The position numbers and the translations under genes are program-made. A stretch of 62,972 nt of DNA, filler included, from Octopus bimaculoides (Eukaryota): assembly GCF_001194135.2 (NCBI RefSeq). It is 6 parts of 6 records of this genome, joined end to end, with 100 filler letters (N's around TTAATTAATTAA, not from the genome) between each part and the next. Parts side by side here need not be neighbours in the genome. Positions count along the whole stretch, not along the records: positions 6,862 to 33,429 come from NC_068998.1; 5 more parts are not named here. One strand, written 5' to 3'. How positions within the stretch are numbered: the stretch's first letter is position 1; each line of letters opens with the position of its first letter. The notes beneath the pieces were generated by a model, which was not told where the DNA came from, ran no database searches, and saw only the letters and a list, made by a program, of their open reading frames with translations. Of the stretch, positions 11,441 to 23,395 are shown piece after piece.

Positions 11441-11671
11441 CAAGCGATGGTGGGGGACAAACACAGACTCACAAACACACGCACACACACATATATATAT
11501 ATACATATAAATATATATACGACGGGCTTCTTTCAGTTTCCGTTTACCAAATCCACTCACAAGGCTTTGGTCGGCCCGAGGCTATAGTTGAAGGTGCCAC
11601 GCAGTGGGACTGAACCCGGAACCATGTGGTTGGTAAGCAAGCTACTTACCACACAGCCACTCCTACGCCTA
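11441..11671 (-). mobile_element. tRNA-SINE family A, 5' portion
   Basis: Head TAGGCGTAGGAGTGGCTGTGTGGTAAGTAGCTTGCTTACCAACCACATGGTTCCGGGTTCAGTCCC on the minus strand. Confidence 0.9.
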
Positions 11672-11674
11672 CGG

Positions 11675-11760
11675 AAAATATGGAACGCTTCACGTGTCAC
11701 CCTTGCGTAGGGGTCATGCTAATGTTCACTGTATCGTTCCAATTATAGAATATGTACCGC
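11675..11760 (-). pseudogene. U6: U6 snRNA pseudogene
   Basis: Reverse complement matches U6 (AATTGGAACGATACAGTGAACATTAGCATGACCCCTACGCAAGGGTGACA-CGTGAAGCGTTCCATATTTT). It has an 8-nt deletion, an ACAGAGA box changed to ACAGTGA and no 5' stem. Confidence 0.9.
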
Positions 11761-12073
11761 AGTAACTATATATATACAGGCGATATGTATATATACGGAT
11801 ATGTAAATGTATTTGGCATGTAAATATATACTTAGTATATTAAGTGTATGATCAATTTATACAATGAAGTTCTACAAGTGCAATCATATTCTATAAATTC
11901 CTCATACACTTGATATAATACTACTACTGTCCATATCTACACCAATTTACACCACTAAACTCCCAGCAAAGTAATCAACGTTAGAAATCTTTTTGGAAAC
12001 CACTTCAATTAAAGGACGAATCCACATTCAACCTTTTACACACGTATATATGTGCATAAGTATATATGTGTAC

Positions 12074-12131
<58 letters not shown>

Positions 12132-12225
12132 ATATTTGTATAAATATATATATATATATGTATGTGTGTGCTATAATATCCTAACCAAATATATACTTAT
12201 ATACCAGCATATATATATATGTGCG

Positions 12226-12267
<42 letters not shown>

Positions 12268-12403
12268 GAGAGAGAGAGAGATTTAGATTTTTGTAAATAT
12301 GTATGCATATATACATACATATATGTGTGTGTGTGTGCGTGTGTTTGTGTGTAGATATCCAATACAACGAAAAAAGCTCCTCTTCTAGGGATGTAAAACA
12401 TCC

Positions 12404-12449
<46 letters not shown>

Positions 12450-13349
12450 TGCCCCTTATTTCAATATGTTTCATATCAGAAAATGTAGGTAGTGATGTAA
12501 GAGTACCATTGTTTAATTTTTGTTATGCTTTCCTGGTATTTCTTTAGCAGTTTTGATTGCAACGTTCGCTCTATAATCTAAGTATGTACTTGATTTTAAA
12601 TAAACGCTCTCCTATATGTGTGTCTGTGTGCCTGTATATGTGTGAGTGTGCACATGCGTGTGTGCGCGCGTGTGTGCGCGCGTGTGTGCGCGCGTGTCTG
12701 TATGCGCGTGTGTGAGTGTGTTTGTATATATGTATATAAGTATGCGGGTATGTCTGCGTTTGAGTGTATAGATGTATGTGTGTGTTTGTTGCGTGCATAT
12801 GTGAGGGGCGTGCGTGTGTAGACACAAATGCATATGACGTAAAACTATTAGTAGATATCGACACATACACACCTAAACTCAAGATACACATGAAAAGAAC
12901 TAATTATTAATGTTCTAATCAAGAACAGTAAAAAATCACACAAACAAGCTAAAACTGAAAATGCATCCAATAAGCCTTTTACTGAATGGCCTACTACAGA
13001 ATCATATAGGAAATAAAAAAGTAAGAAGAGAATATAATGCTGAAAGCATATTTATCGAGAGAAATGTAGATGTTCAGATATTCTACTTAAGTTAGGTAGA
13101 ATGAGAGATTGAGCGATATGTATCTACGTTTGCATGTATACTTATATATATATAAAGAAAGAGAAAGAGAGAGAGAGAGAGAGTGAGAGAGAGAGAAAGA
13201 GAGAAAGAGAGGGAGGAAGATAGAGAGACAGACAGAGGGAAAATGAGCGGTTACACAGACACACAGATATGCACATACATATTTACATACATATTCCCAT
13301 ATCTATATATATATTCATACATGTTCATATGCATATATACGCTCATGCA

Positions 13350-13399
<50 letters not shown>

Positions 13400-14880
13400 T
13401 GCATACGCACATGAATTACTGTAAAAGAGTATATTTCTGCAACCATTTTGTTATAGATAAGGCCTATTTTCCGTTAAACTACAATAAAGAGTTATTAAAC
13501 TTTCGTTTGTGTTTGTGTTGGTAGCAAGGTAAGCTGATATAGAGATAAGTATTAGAGGATCTATTGGAAACAGGTTTCATTCCATACTTCGTAGTCTTAG
13601 TCTAGCTGTGATGGAGCGAAAAATTCTTGCTAGAAAATTGTCTGAAGCCGATGAGAAAGCAAGCCACGACATCTGACTCAACGAAGAGTAGGAGTCGAGC
13701 AAGAAGCACGAGGATTGAGGTTGGTAGAAACATTTGTCCCAGAATCACAACATCTTGCACAACAAAGCTTGTGCTGCTGTGCCGGCAGTTAGGTCGTCTA
13801 CATGGGCAATTTGCGTTGGGTAATTTGCCTTGGGTAATTTGCCTTGGGCAGTTGTAGCATCGCGGTGGAAGAGGTCAAAATACTACAGTACTGCTTCACC
13901 ACCTGATGAGACTGACATTCATGCCCGGAGATAGAATACAACACCACCATCTTCATACAGGCACTTGCCCTAAATATTCATGATATTAATTTACATAGTA
14001 AATACGCATACACACGCACACACATACACACGCACACACACACACATACACACGCACACATACACACGCGCACACATACACACGCGCACACATACGCACG
14101 CACACATATACACAGACACACACGGACACACGCACACACATACATACGCACACACACACACTCACACACATCATATACAAACGCACACACATACACACGC
14201 ACACAGATACACACGCACACACACATACACATGCGCACACATACACACGCACACACATAAAAAAGCACACACATACACACGGACACACATATGCACGCAC
14301 ACACATACAAACGCACACATATACACACGCGCGCGCGCGCGCATACGCCCATATATCTACATATTTCTTCATTATATACTTCTCGGAATAACTTATCACA
14401 GCATCTGGGGTGCGGCTCTGCTTCAGGCGTTTCAAGGTTTTGAAAAGTATGGAAGCCTCTTTTAGCCATTATTCAGGAATACTCTTTTTCAGATTAGCAG
14501 CACGTGTCAGATTCCTAGGTTATGGTTAGTTAGCAGGTAAATATAAGTCGGCTTTGAATATGGAAATAAATAGCAACGGAAGAAAGCACGGATGGTTCCA
14601 TTCCGAGGAATAGCACCTGATAGCCATCCGAACCAGGATTTCGTTGAAACCATTGGATGCAGCATGATGTGAACAAATTCGGCAGGTGAAATTGTGAAGT
14701 CAGTAGCAAATGTAATGAGATAACGATGAGACAAACAGTCAACAAACTGTCAACGGCCAGGATCATCCAGTTAGGCTATGGAACGGTCCCTATCATCTGT
14801 AGTTGTAGCGTACAAAAGATGAGATATTCAGCTATCGAAAGAGCAATGTGACTTATTGGTCCGGGCAAGTCGCCCAACCG

Positions 14881-14890
14881 ATGATGACGA

Positions 14891-14950
<60 letters not shown>

Positions 14951-15002
14951 TGGTGGCAGTGGTCGTAGTTGTGCTACTGCTGCTGCTGATGATGATGATG
15001 AT
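14881..15002. repeat. (GAC)n/(GAT)n trinucleotide microsatellite
   Basis: Seen directly. Confidence 0.9.
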
Positions 15003-15668
15003 GAAATGGTATGAACTTTAAGATACGTAAAAGAATCCATATTTGTGCCTGCGCTCTCAAACAAAATACCTTTGTTATCAATTTTCCCTGTCATTCTCTC
15101 GGAGTCGATAAATAAATTTCCGACTTAAACTTATTGATTACCAGAATATCATAACATGTCCGACAGGTGATATTGCACTGTCAATTCCGGCTCTTGTCAT
15201 TTTGATAATAACGCCAGCAGCTTTTCTCGAAGACAAACGTCAAAAAGATACGTTTGCATACGCATCTCATTTTGGCTTCTGTAGATATAACATTAAACAA
15301 GCCCACACTGACACGTTCACACACACACATATATGCATGTATTTGAATTTATGTACTTACGCATGTATGTATGTATTTATATATGTAAGTATATGTATAT
15401 TTGTATGTATATGTATATATATATATGTATATATATGTACATATATATACGTATATACATAAGGCTGAGGAGGGTATTGGATTTAACCAAACCCAAGAAG
15501 ATACAGGTAATACCGAGTAAGTGCTGTATATCGACTAGTTTGCCCCAGTCGTTGTATGAACAGGATTGGGGATTATAAGTCGTATATTAGCGTGTGTATA
15601 TGTAAATATATAAAAATAAAAAGATAAAGAGAGTAATGATAAGGTTGGAGAAGTATTTTATGGATAGA

Positions 15669-15717
15669 GTCTTACAGCTGTTTCTGGGAAGATCCAGTAC
15701 TTCCCTTCATCGGAGAC
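15669..15717 (-). ncRNA. Hammerhead ribozyme-like motif, same family as 8414-8461, U4C core variant
   Basis: Minus strand reads GTCT-CCGATGA-A-GGGAAG-TACTGGAT-CTTCCC-A-GAAAC-AGCT-GTA-AGAC. Confidence 0.65.
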
Positions 15718-16488
15718 AGAAAAAATAAAGTAATCTATTATTATATCCATAGGCAGATATTTTTAGTATGAAGTGGTAAAGAGTGCGATGCGCTGAAAAA
15801 AGAGAGAACAGTACTTGAAGTGTGGTTNNNNNNNNNNNNNNNNNNNNNNNNNNNNNNNNNNNNNNNNNNNNNNNNNNNNNNNNNNNNNNNNNNNNNNNNN
15901 NNNNNNNNNNNNNNNNNNNNNNNNNNNNNNNNNNNNNNNNNNNNNNNNNNNNNNNNNNNNNNNNNNNNNNNNNNNNNNNNNNNNNNNNNNNNNNNNNNNN
16001 NNNNNNNNNNNNNNNNNNNNNNNNNNNNNNNNNNNNNNNNNNNNNNNNNNNNNNNNNNNNNNNNNNNNNNNNNNNNNNNNNNNNNNNNNNNNNNNNNNNN
16101 NNNNNNNNNNNNNNNNNNNNNNNNNNNNNNNNNNNNNNNNNNNNNNNNNNNNNNNNNNNNNNNNNNNNNNNNNNNNNNNNNNNNNNNNNNNNNNNNNNNN
16201 NNNNNNNNNNNNNNNNNNNNNNNNNNNNNNNNNNNNNNNNNNNNNNNNNNNNNNNNNNNNNNNNNNNNNNNNNNNNNNNNNNNNNNNNNNNNNNNNNNNN
16301 NNNNNNNNNNNNNNNNNNNNNNNNNNNNNNNNNNNNNNNNNNNNNNNNNNNNNNNNNNNNNNNNNNNNNNNNNNNNNNNNNNNNNNNNNNNNNNNNNNNN
16401 NNNNNNNNNNNNNNNNNNNNNNNNNNNNNNNNNNNNNNNNNNNNNNNNNNNNNNNNNNNNNNNNNNNNNNNNNNNNNNNNNNNTAAAT

Positions 16489-16589
<101 letters not shown>

Positions 16590-16632
16590 GATGTGCGTCT
16601 GTGTGTGTGTGTGTGTTGCTCGTTGTTTGTTC

Positions 16633-17201
16633 ATTCTTGAGCCATGCCCGGCTCATAAGGGCCAGTTTCCCGGGAAGATATTACAATAACAGACCAAAGG
16701 ATGACACTCACGACGGCTCATAAGTGGAAATCTTCTCGAAATGATAGAGTAGCAATTTTCTGGCTTGCAACGTGCCCGTGCGCACATAAGAAGTTAGTCT
16801 AGTTATTCAATGAAATCATAAGAGCCCCTACGAAAACACCTGATTGCTTAGGGTTAGCAAGAGGTATTACTTACTCTTGAAGAATAATGAAACCAAATTT
16901 CCTCAAAACTGTCGGTCCATAACATATCTATCTAACACGTATAAGATTTTAACATACATCCTTTGGAGAAAGCATACACCTGGTCGGAACGCCAGTCCAC
17001 CGCAGGTGAGCAGCTAGATCTAGAAGGAAAGAGTGAGAGAAAGTTGTGGCGAAAGACAGCAGAAGTTCTCCACTACCCTCTGCCGGATCCGCATAGAGCT
17101 TAGGTGTTTCGCTCATAAACACACATCACCCAGTGTAAGATTCGAACCCACGATTACTCGATCGCGAGGCCGCTGCTCTAGCCACTAGGCCATATGCCTC
17201 C

Positions 17202-17202
<1 letters not shown>
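16633..17202 (-). mobile_element. tRNA-SINE family C (V/Meta-domain-like core), split by a 307-bp insert
   Basis: Head TGGCCTAGTGGCTAGAGC...GGTTCGAATC at the 17202 end. Core CCTGCGGTGGACTGGCGTTCCGACCAGG resumes beyond the insert as GGGAAACTGGCCCTTATGAGCCGGGCATGGCTC. Confidence 0.7.
16672..16978 (+). repeat. Exact 307-bp copy of 22493-22799 (decayed LINE RT segment)
   Basis: Line-by-line comparison found no difference, including the disabling stops and frameshifts. Confidence 0.92.
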
Positions 17203-17261
<59 letters not shown>

Positions 17262-18968
17262 GTGTGTGTGCGTTTGTGTGCGTGTGCGTGTATTTATGTA
17301 AACATGTATGCACACACAACCCCCATATGTGTGTATATCTACGTGTAACGTTACTTCGTAAAAAATATCATATTTTTGTCGCGTAGGCGATATTCTATGA
17401 ATGTGAATGCGTCTTTCAGTTTATTATTTTTTCACTTATAGTACTTATTCGTTTCTTTCCTTAATTACATTGTTCCCGTTCTTCTCATAACTCGTCTTTA
17501 TTTATTGTTAGTTCTCAATATGTCATCTTATTTTTTTCTGATCATTTTTGCCGATCATATCCGCTCATTATATTCCAGCAACTTTATATTCCAGCTATTC
17601 ATTATATCCCAGTTGCTGAGACTGGGAAATTAAACAATATTTTTGAAATATGACAAAACTGTAATGACAATTGGTAGGCAGCTGGTGAGGGATGGAGCAT
17701 ATTCGCGTGCATATTGTGTGCTTTCTCATGTTCTTTCATATACTGCTCCTTTGTCGTCCCCTTCTGCCAGCTACAATTGTCTATCTAGCTAAATCTGTAT
17801 ATGTATATATACATATGAGAGAGAGAGAGAGAGAGCTATATACACATACATACATATGTTTACGAATATATGCATGTAACACTTCTTATGATCTTTTGGA
17901 CAATAACTGACGAGGGATTAACATCGTCCTATGTGTGAATTTTCCGTTTCAGTTTCTATTCAAATTTTTGGAACATATTATTTAATATAACGCTACGTAC
18001 TTAGTTTTTACCCATTCAGTTGAATATGTACATATGTGTGCGGGAGTTGCTATATGGATATTTGAAGAGCGAGAGGGTAACATACACATATATATACAGG
18101 TGAGCGTGTGTGTGTGTGCGCGCGAGCGCGCACTTGCATGTGCCTGATTTTGTATGTGCTTGGTCCATGTTTGATTTCGTATATATTCTTTATATCATCG
18201 TATTTAGTTGTATCTGTGTGTNNNNNNNNNNGTGATGGCATGTATGCGTACTAACAACACACGCTCGCCCTTGAGGAATGAAATTCTACAGAGTATAATC
18301 TACGAATCGAGCTATAACTGCCTTAGACATATCATCTCTCGAATTCAACAAACTTGATAAGAACAATAAAATAATATAAACTTTACTACAAAGAATATTG
18401 ATATCCAAAACTACATATTAAATAATAATAACTATTTAGCTAAAGACAGATAGCAGGAAATGTGAAATTATAAATATATTTATCTTCCTACTCATAAACC
18501 TCACTCAGAGATAAAACTGCGTTATCACAAATTCCAGGAATATTATTCTATTCACTAATGGGTTTTGCATATTTATACATTAATAATTTATCCACATGAA
18601 TTTTTAATAGAATTTTTCACGGGTATTGTTCAAAGAGTGCTTCCTCTAATAAATCATCCAATCTAGTGATATTGTGTTCTACTACAGTATTTAAGAATTT
18701 AGAGGGCATTTTTTTTTTGTGCATTTCTTTTATGTATTTATGTGTAACGTTTTGTTTTTGCCGTAATGCGAAGACTTCTAATTAGTATTTGTGCAGTAAG
18801 GTTTCAAGTACTGAAAACTCAATCAGTATGTGTAGCGATGGATCTGTATATCATGAATACAATGTTTCAACTAAAAAAGTAAGTATAAAACGACGTAGAT
18901 GCCCCCTGGGTCTAAGAAATGGCACTTTATAGATTATATCTTCACTAGGAAATGTAATACCACGGACT

Positions 18969-19139
18969 TTGGTGTTTGTGCAAGTTATGCGTGGTGTAGA
19001 GTGCTGGACTGGCTATAAGCTTTTGCGTGCAAAGGTGAATTTTGTTGTCAAGCCTAAGTTTAGAGCAAACAATAAGTTGCCTAAACGGATCGATGTCAAC
19101 AAACTTAAGACACCGTCAGTATACAATGAGTTTGTGAGT
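18969..19139 (+). mobile_element. RTE-clade LINE fragment (end of the APE endonuclease)
   Basis: VMRGVECWTGYKLLRAKVNF...PKRIDVNKLK resembles the RTE RVMRGADCWTDHRLLRSK...PKRLDV.KLK motif; truncated by the adjacent SINE. Confidence 0.65.
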
Positions 19140-19141
19140 AT

Positions 19142-19428
19142 ACTCTTTTACTCTTTTACTTGTTTCAGTCTTTTGACTGTGGCCATGCTGGAGCACCGCC
19201 TTTAGTCGAGAAAATCGACCCCAGGACTTATTCTTTGGAAGCCTAGTACTTATTCTATCGGTCTCTTTTTCCGAACCGCTAAGTTACGGGGACATAAACA
19301 CACCAGCATCGGTTGTCAAGCGATGCTGGGGGGACAAACACAGACATACAAACACATACGCACATACATATATATATACGACAGGCTTCTTTCAGTTTCC
19401 GTCTACCAAATCCACTCACAAGGCTTTG
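19142..19428 (-). mobile_element. tRNA-SINE family A, body and tail
   Basis: Near-consensus body and (GAGTAAAA)n tail; head lost in the gap. Confidence 0.92.
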
Positions 19429-21023
19429 NNNNNNNNNNNNNNNNNNNNNNNNNNNNNNNNNNNNNNNNNNNNNNNNNNNNNNNNNNNNNNNNNNNNNNNN
19501 NNNNNNNNNNNNNNNNNNNNNNNNNNNNNNNNNNNNNNNNNNNNNNNNNNNNNNNNNNNNNNNNNNNNNNNNNNNNNNNNNNNNNNNNNNNNNNNNNNNN
19601 NNNNNNNNNNNNNNNNNNNNNNNNNNNNNNNNNNNNNNNNNNNNNNNNNNNNNNNNNNNNNNNNNNNNNNNNNNNNNNNNNNNNNNNNNNNNNNNNNNNN
19701 NNNNNNNNNNNNNNNNNNNNNNNNNNNNNNNNNNNNNNNNNNNNNNNNNNNNNNNNNNNNNNNNNNNNNNNNNNNNNNNNNNNNNNNNNNNNNNNNNNNN
19801 NNNNNNNNNNNNNNNNNNNNNNNNNNNNNNNNNNNNNNNNNNNNNNNNNNNNNNNNNNNNNNNNNNNNNNNNNNNNNNNNNNNNNNNNNNNNNNNNNNNA
19901 TATATATATATATATATATATATAGCTTAGCTGTAATGGATGACTATATTAGTGGTGACAAATACAATGAAAAGGAATACGATGACATAGCATATTAAAC
20001 TCAATATAAAGGAGCTGTATCGCAAAGAGTTTCATGCATATGTATATATACACATACAAATATCTTAAATACATAAACATACAAACGCACACATGTACGC
20101 CTATGTGTATATGCATGTTGTGTGAGTGCATGTGTGAGCCTGCAGTTATGGTCTATACGTACAGATGGTGATACGAACGGAGAGAATGAGCCATTCACTA
20201 AGAGATATATTGGTCATGATATTCTACGAAAATGTTTCTTTATTACATTTGCAATCCCCTACAGTTTTTCAAATGTTATTTAAAAATGAACAGACATATA
20301 TATATGTGTGTGTGTGTGAGAGCATGTGTGTTTGTGTGTGTACACAAATATGCATTAATATGCATATGGTATTATGTTTGTGTATGATATATATGTGCAT
20401 ATTCTTTATGTGTCTGTGTGTATTCATATGTACATACAAACATACAATACACTACATCCATACAGAATATTAGATTAAAGTTCATAATAATAGTATTTTT
20501 ATGTTTCTCTTTCCTCCTCGCACTACTATACAATAATCAAAACTAATTCCGTTTTCTTAAAGGAAATGAGAATCTAATTTCAGTCGAAATACATTGGAAA
20601 CAAATCATTTATTTCCATTTCGTTGCTTTCCATCTAACTACATTTCACCCTTTGTTATTCTTGTTCTTTTGTTTGTTTGTTTTTTCACAATAATGCATTT
20701 TCGTAAATGGAAGAGAATCAAATATATATTGGTAGAATATTTTTCGTGTATCATATTAATCTTCATATTATTATTGGATGATATATTTACTAATACCCCA
20801 CCCGGAAAAAAAATATCAAATGTACGTATAAACAATAACTAATCTTGATGACGTTGCCCCAGTATGGTCATAATCGACTGGCTGGAAAAATGAATTCTAT
20901 TATCGATTAGAAAAAAAAACAGAAAAAAAAAAGATATGATATCATTGATAAAGTCCACAAATTTGAAGAAGTATAATATTAAGAATGGTTACAAAATTTA
21001 CCACAAAACAAGTAATTTTCAGA

Positions 21024-21432
21024 GGAGTAAGTTGATTACATTGACCTCGCTACTTGACTGCTAGTGTATTTTATCAACACTGGAGGGATCAAAGGCAAAA
21101 TTGACTTTCAGAGAATTTGAACTCAGAATTTAAATACACGGAGCAAATGTTACAAGACATTTTCCCAACCTTCTAACGATTCTGCTGGCTCCTCACTGTA
21201 GAGGTATAATTATAGTAATTCCAAATTTTGGTACGGAGCCAGGAGTTTCTGGAGAGGGATTAAGTCCATTACATCGACCCCAGTGTTCAACTGGTACTTA
21301 TGTTATCGACCCTGAGAGTATGAAAGGCAAAGTCGACGCCGGCGGCATTTGAACTCAGAAAGTGATGACGGACGAAATGCCGCTAAGCATTTATGCCCGG
21401 TAAGCTAACGATTCTTCCAGCTTGCCGCCTTA
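21024..21432 (-). mobile_element. Two tandem tRNA-SINE family B copies (21024-21197 old; 21222-21432 younger)
   Basis: Minus-strand head TAAGGCGGCAAGCTGGAAGAATCGTTAGC...GAGTTCAAATGCC and body GTCGACTTTGCCTTTCA...CTGGGGTCGATGTAAT. Confidence 0.85.
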
Positions 21433-21540
21433 CAGATATTTTAATAATAGTTTGAAATTTTGGCATAAGACCAACAATTTTAACGCGATGAGTATTAGTC
21501 GATTACATCAACGCATACGCGCAAATATTATCGACAGCTA

Positions 21541-21573
<33 letters not shown>

Positions 21574-21574
<1 letters not shown>

Positions 21575-23395
21575 GATCAAGCACGCAGCGGAAAATGAGC
21601 TACATATAAGACAGAAAGCAAATGAAGAAGCACCAGACGAAGGGAGCAACTCCCCACTAGTCTCAGTTGAAAGACTGCTATCTGACCAGAACACGCAAAG
21701 TCTGAAGAAATGAATTGTAATGAACCTGATAAAGACAGCGAGGAAAGTGATAAAAACAATATTTGAAGACTACACATTTACTGAAGAACTTAGAGAGTCT
21801 ATGATAGAAATAAAGCAGAAAATCTTGAATAAGCGTGGAATTGTAAGACACGCCGATATGCATGATAGAGAACCACTTCATAAACTCTGAAATACAATCC
21901 AAAACAGATAAATTAAAACTAAAAATTATGTGACAAAACAAATTATACAAGAATTAAAACCAGATCTCACTGAATTAAATGAAACAATTTGCGCAGCTGT
22001 TAAGACGATTGAAACCAGTTGTACGCCTCTGAAAAACACAAAGAAGTACACTCCTGAGAAGAATTCGAAACTGGAAAAGTGGAATTGAAAAAAAAGATTG
22101 AAATAATGAGAGGTGAAATATCAATATTGAATGACCTAGTTTTGGAAACGATGTAAAAACCAGAAAAGAAGAAACATAAAGAGAAAACATAGATTCTTAC
22201 CAAGTGAACTGTTTTCAGCAAAAGAAGCACTGCAACAAAATGTTCAAGGTAAAGCTCAAAGATTTGAGAAGAGAAACAAGTTTTAGAAGCAAAATAAGCT
22301 ATTCATATCCAGTGTGAAAACATTCTACAGAGAAACAGGGAAGGAGAAAGTACCTGTTTGAAGACTCCCCTCTCAGGGAAGAAGCTGAGATCTTTCGGAA
22401 AAATATCTGGTGCGATGAAAAGTCTCATAATGAAAGTGCAAACTGGATTAGACGCTAAGAAGAATCCTATCAAAACTTGCCAGAACAAGCATGGGAAGAT
22501 ATTACAATAACAGACCAAAGGATGACACTCACGACGGCTCATAAGTGGAAATCTTCTCGAAATGATAGAGTAGCAATTTTCTGGCTTGCAACGTGCCCGT
22601 GCGCACATAAGAAGTTAGTCTAGTTATTCAATGAAATCATAAGAGCCCCTACGAAAACACCTGATTGCTTAGGGTTAGCAAGAGGTATTACTTACTCTTG
22701 AAGAATAATGAAACCAAATTTCCTCAAAACTGTCGGTCCATAACATATCTATCTAACACGTATAAGATTTTAACATACATCCTTTGGAGAAAGCATACAA
22801 ATTTATGGAACAGTACAATATTTTCTCCACTGAACAAAAAGAGTATTGAAAAGGGTTGCAAAGATCAATTCTTAATCAATCGCATCATCCTTGAGAACTG
22901 TCATAACAAACGCAGAAATCTTTGTTCCGCATGGATTGATTATAAAAAGACCTTTGACAGCATACCGCATTCATGGATCTTGAAATCGCTGGATATCTTC
23001 AGGATTTCTCTTGTTATTTCAAACTTCCTGCGCAACATGCCAGTGCGGAATATGAATCTCCACTTATACCACTCTAATGGAGTACTAACAACAAAAAATA
23101 TTAATATCAAATGCGGCATTTCCAAAGTGACTCCCTTTCACCTTTAATTTTTTGCATATCCCTAATACCCCTTACAAATAAACTTAACAGAACGCCTATA
23201 AAATTGGCGACAAGAAAATAAGTCATCTATTTTATATGGATGACTTAAAACTTTAAGGCAAAAACGATAATGACCTTGAAGGACTACTACGTACTGTGAA
23301 AGCATTCAGTGATGATATCGGGATAAAAGTTGGTCTTGATGAATGTGCCAAGGCCACTTTCCAGAAAAGGAAATTGAAGACCTCACATTCACTGC
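21574..23395 (+). mobile_element. R4/Dong-like (RLE-type) non-LTR retrotransposon, decayed RT region
   Basis: Frameshifted motifs KAQRFEKRNKF*KQNKLF, HKWKSSRND, CRSITYLSNTYKILT, KGCKDQFLIN, AWIDYKKTFDSIPHSWI, SHLFYMDDLKL (YMDD at 23233-23244), VKAFSDDI, GLDECAKA. Preceded by (AAT)11. Confidence 0.88.

Noticed and set aside
13903-13950. CTGATGA as a hammerhead core
   Set aside because: No paired stem II followed by GAAA, and no stem I
14360-14870. Possible old LINE remnant
   Set aside because: Only faint RLRFAGH-like similarity; all frames are heavily interrupted and cannot be supported by eye
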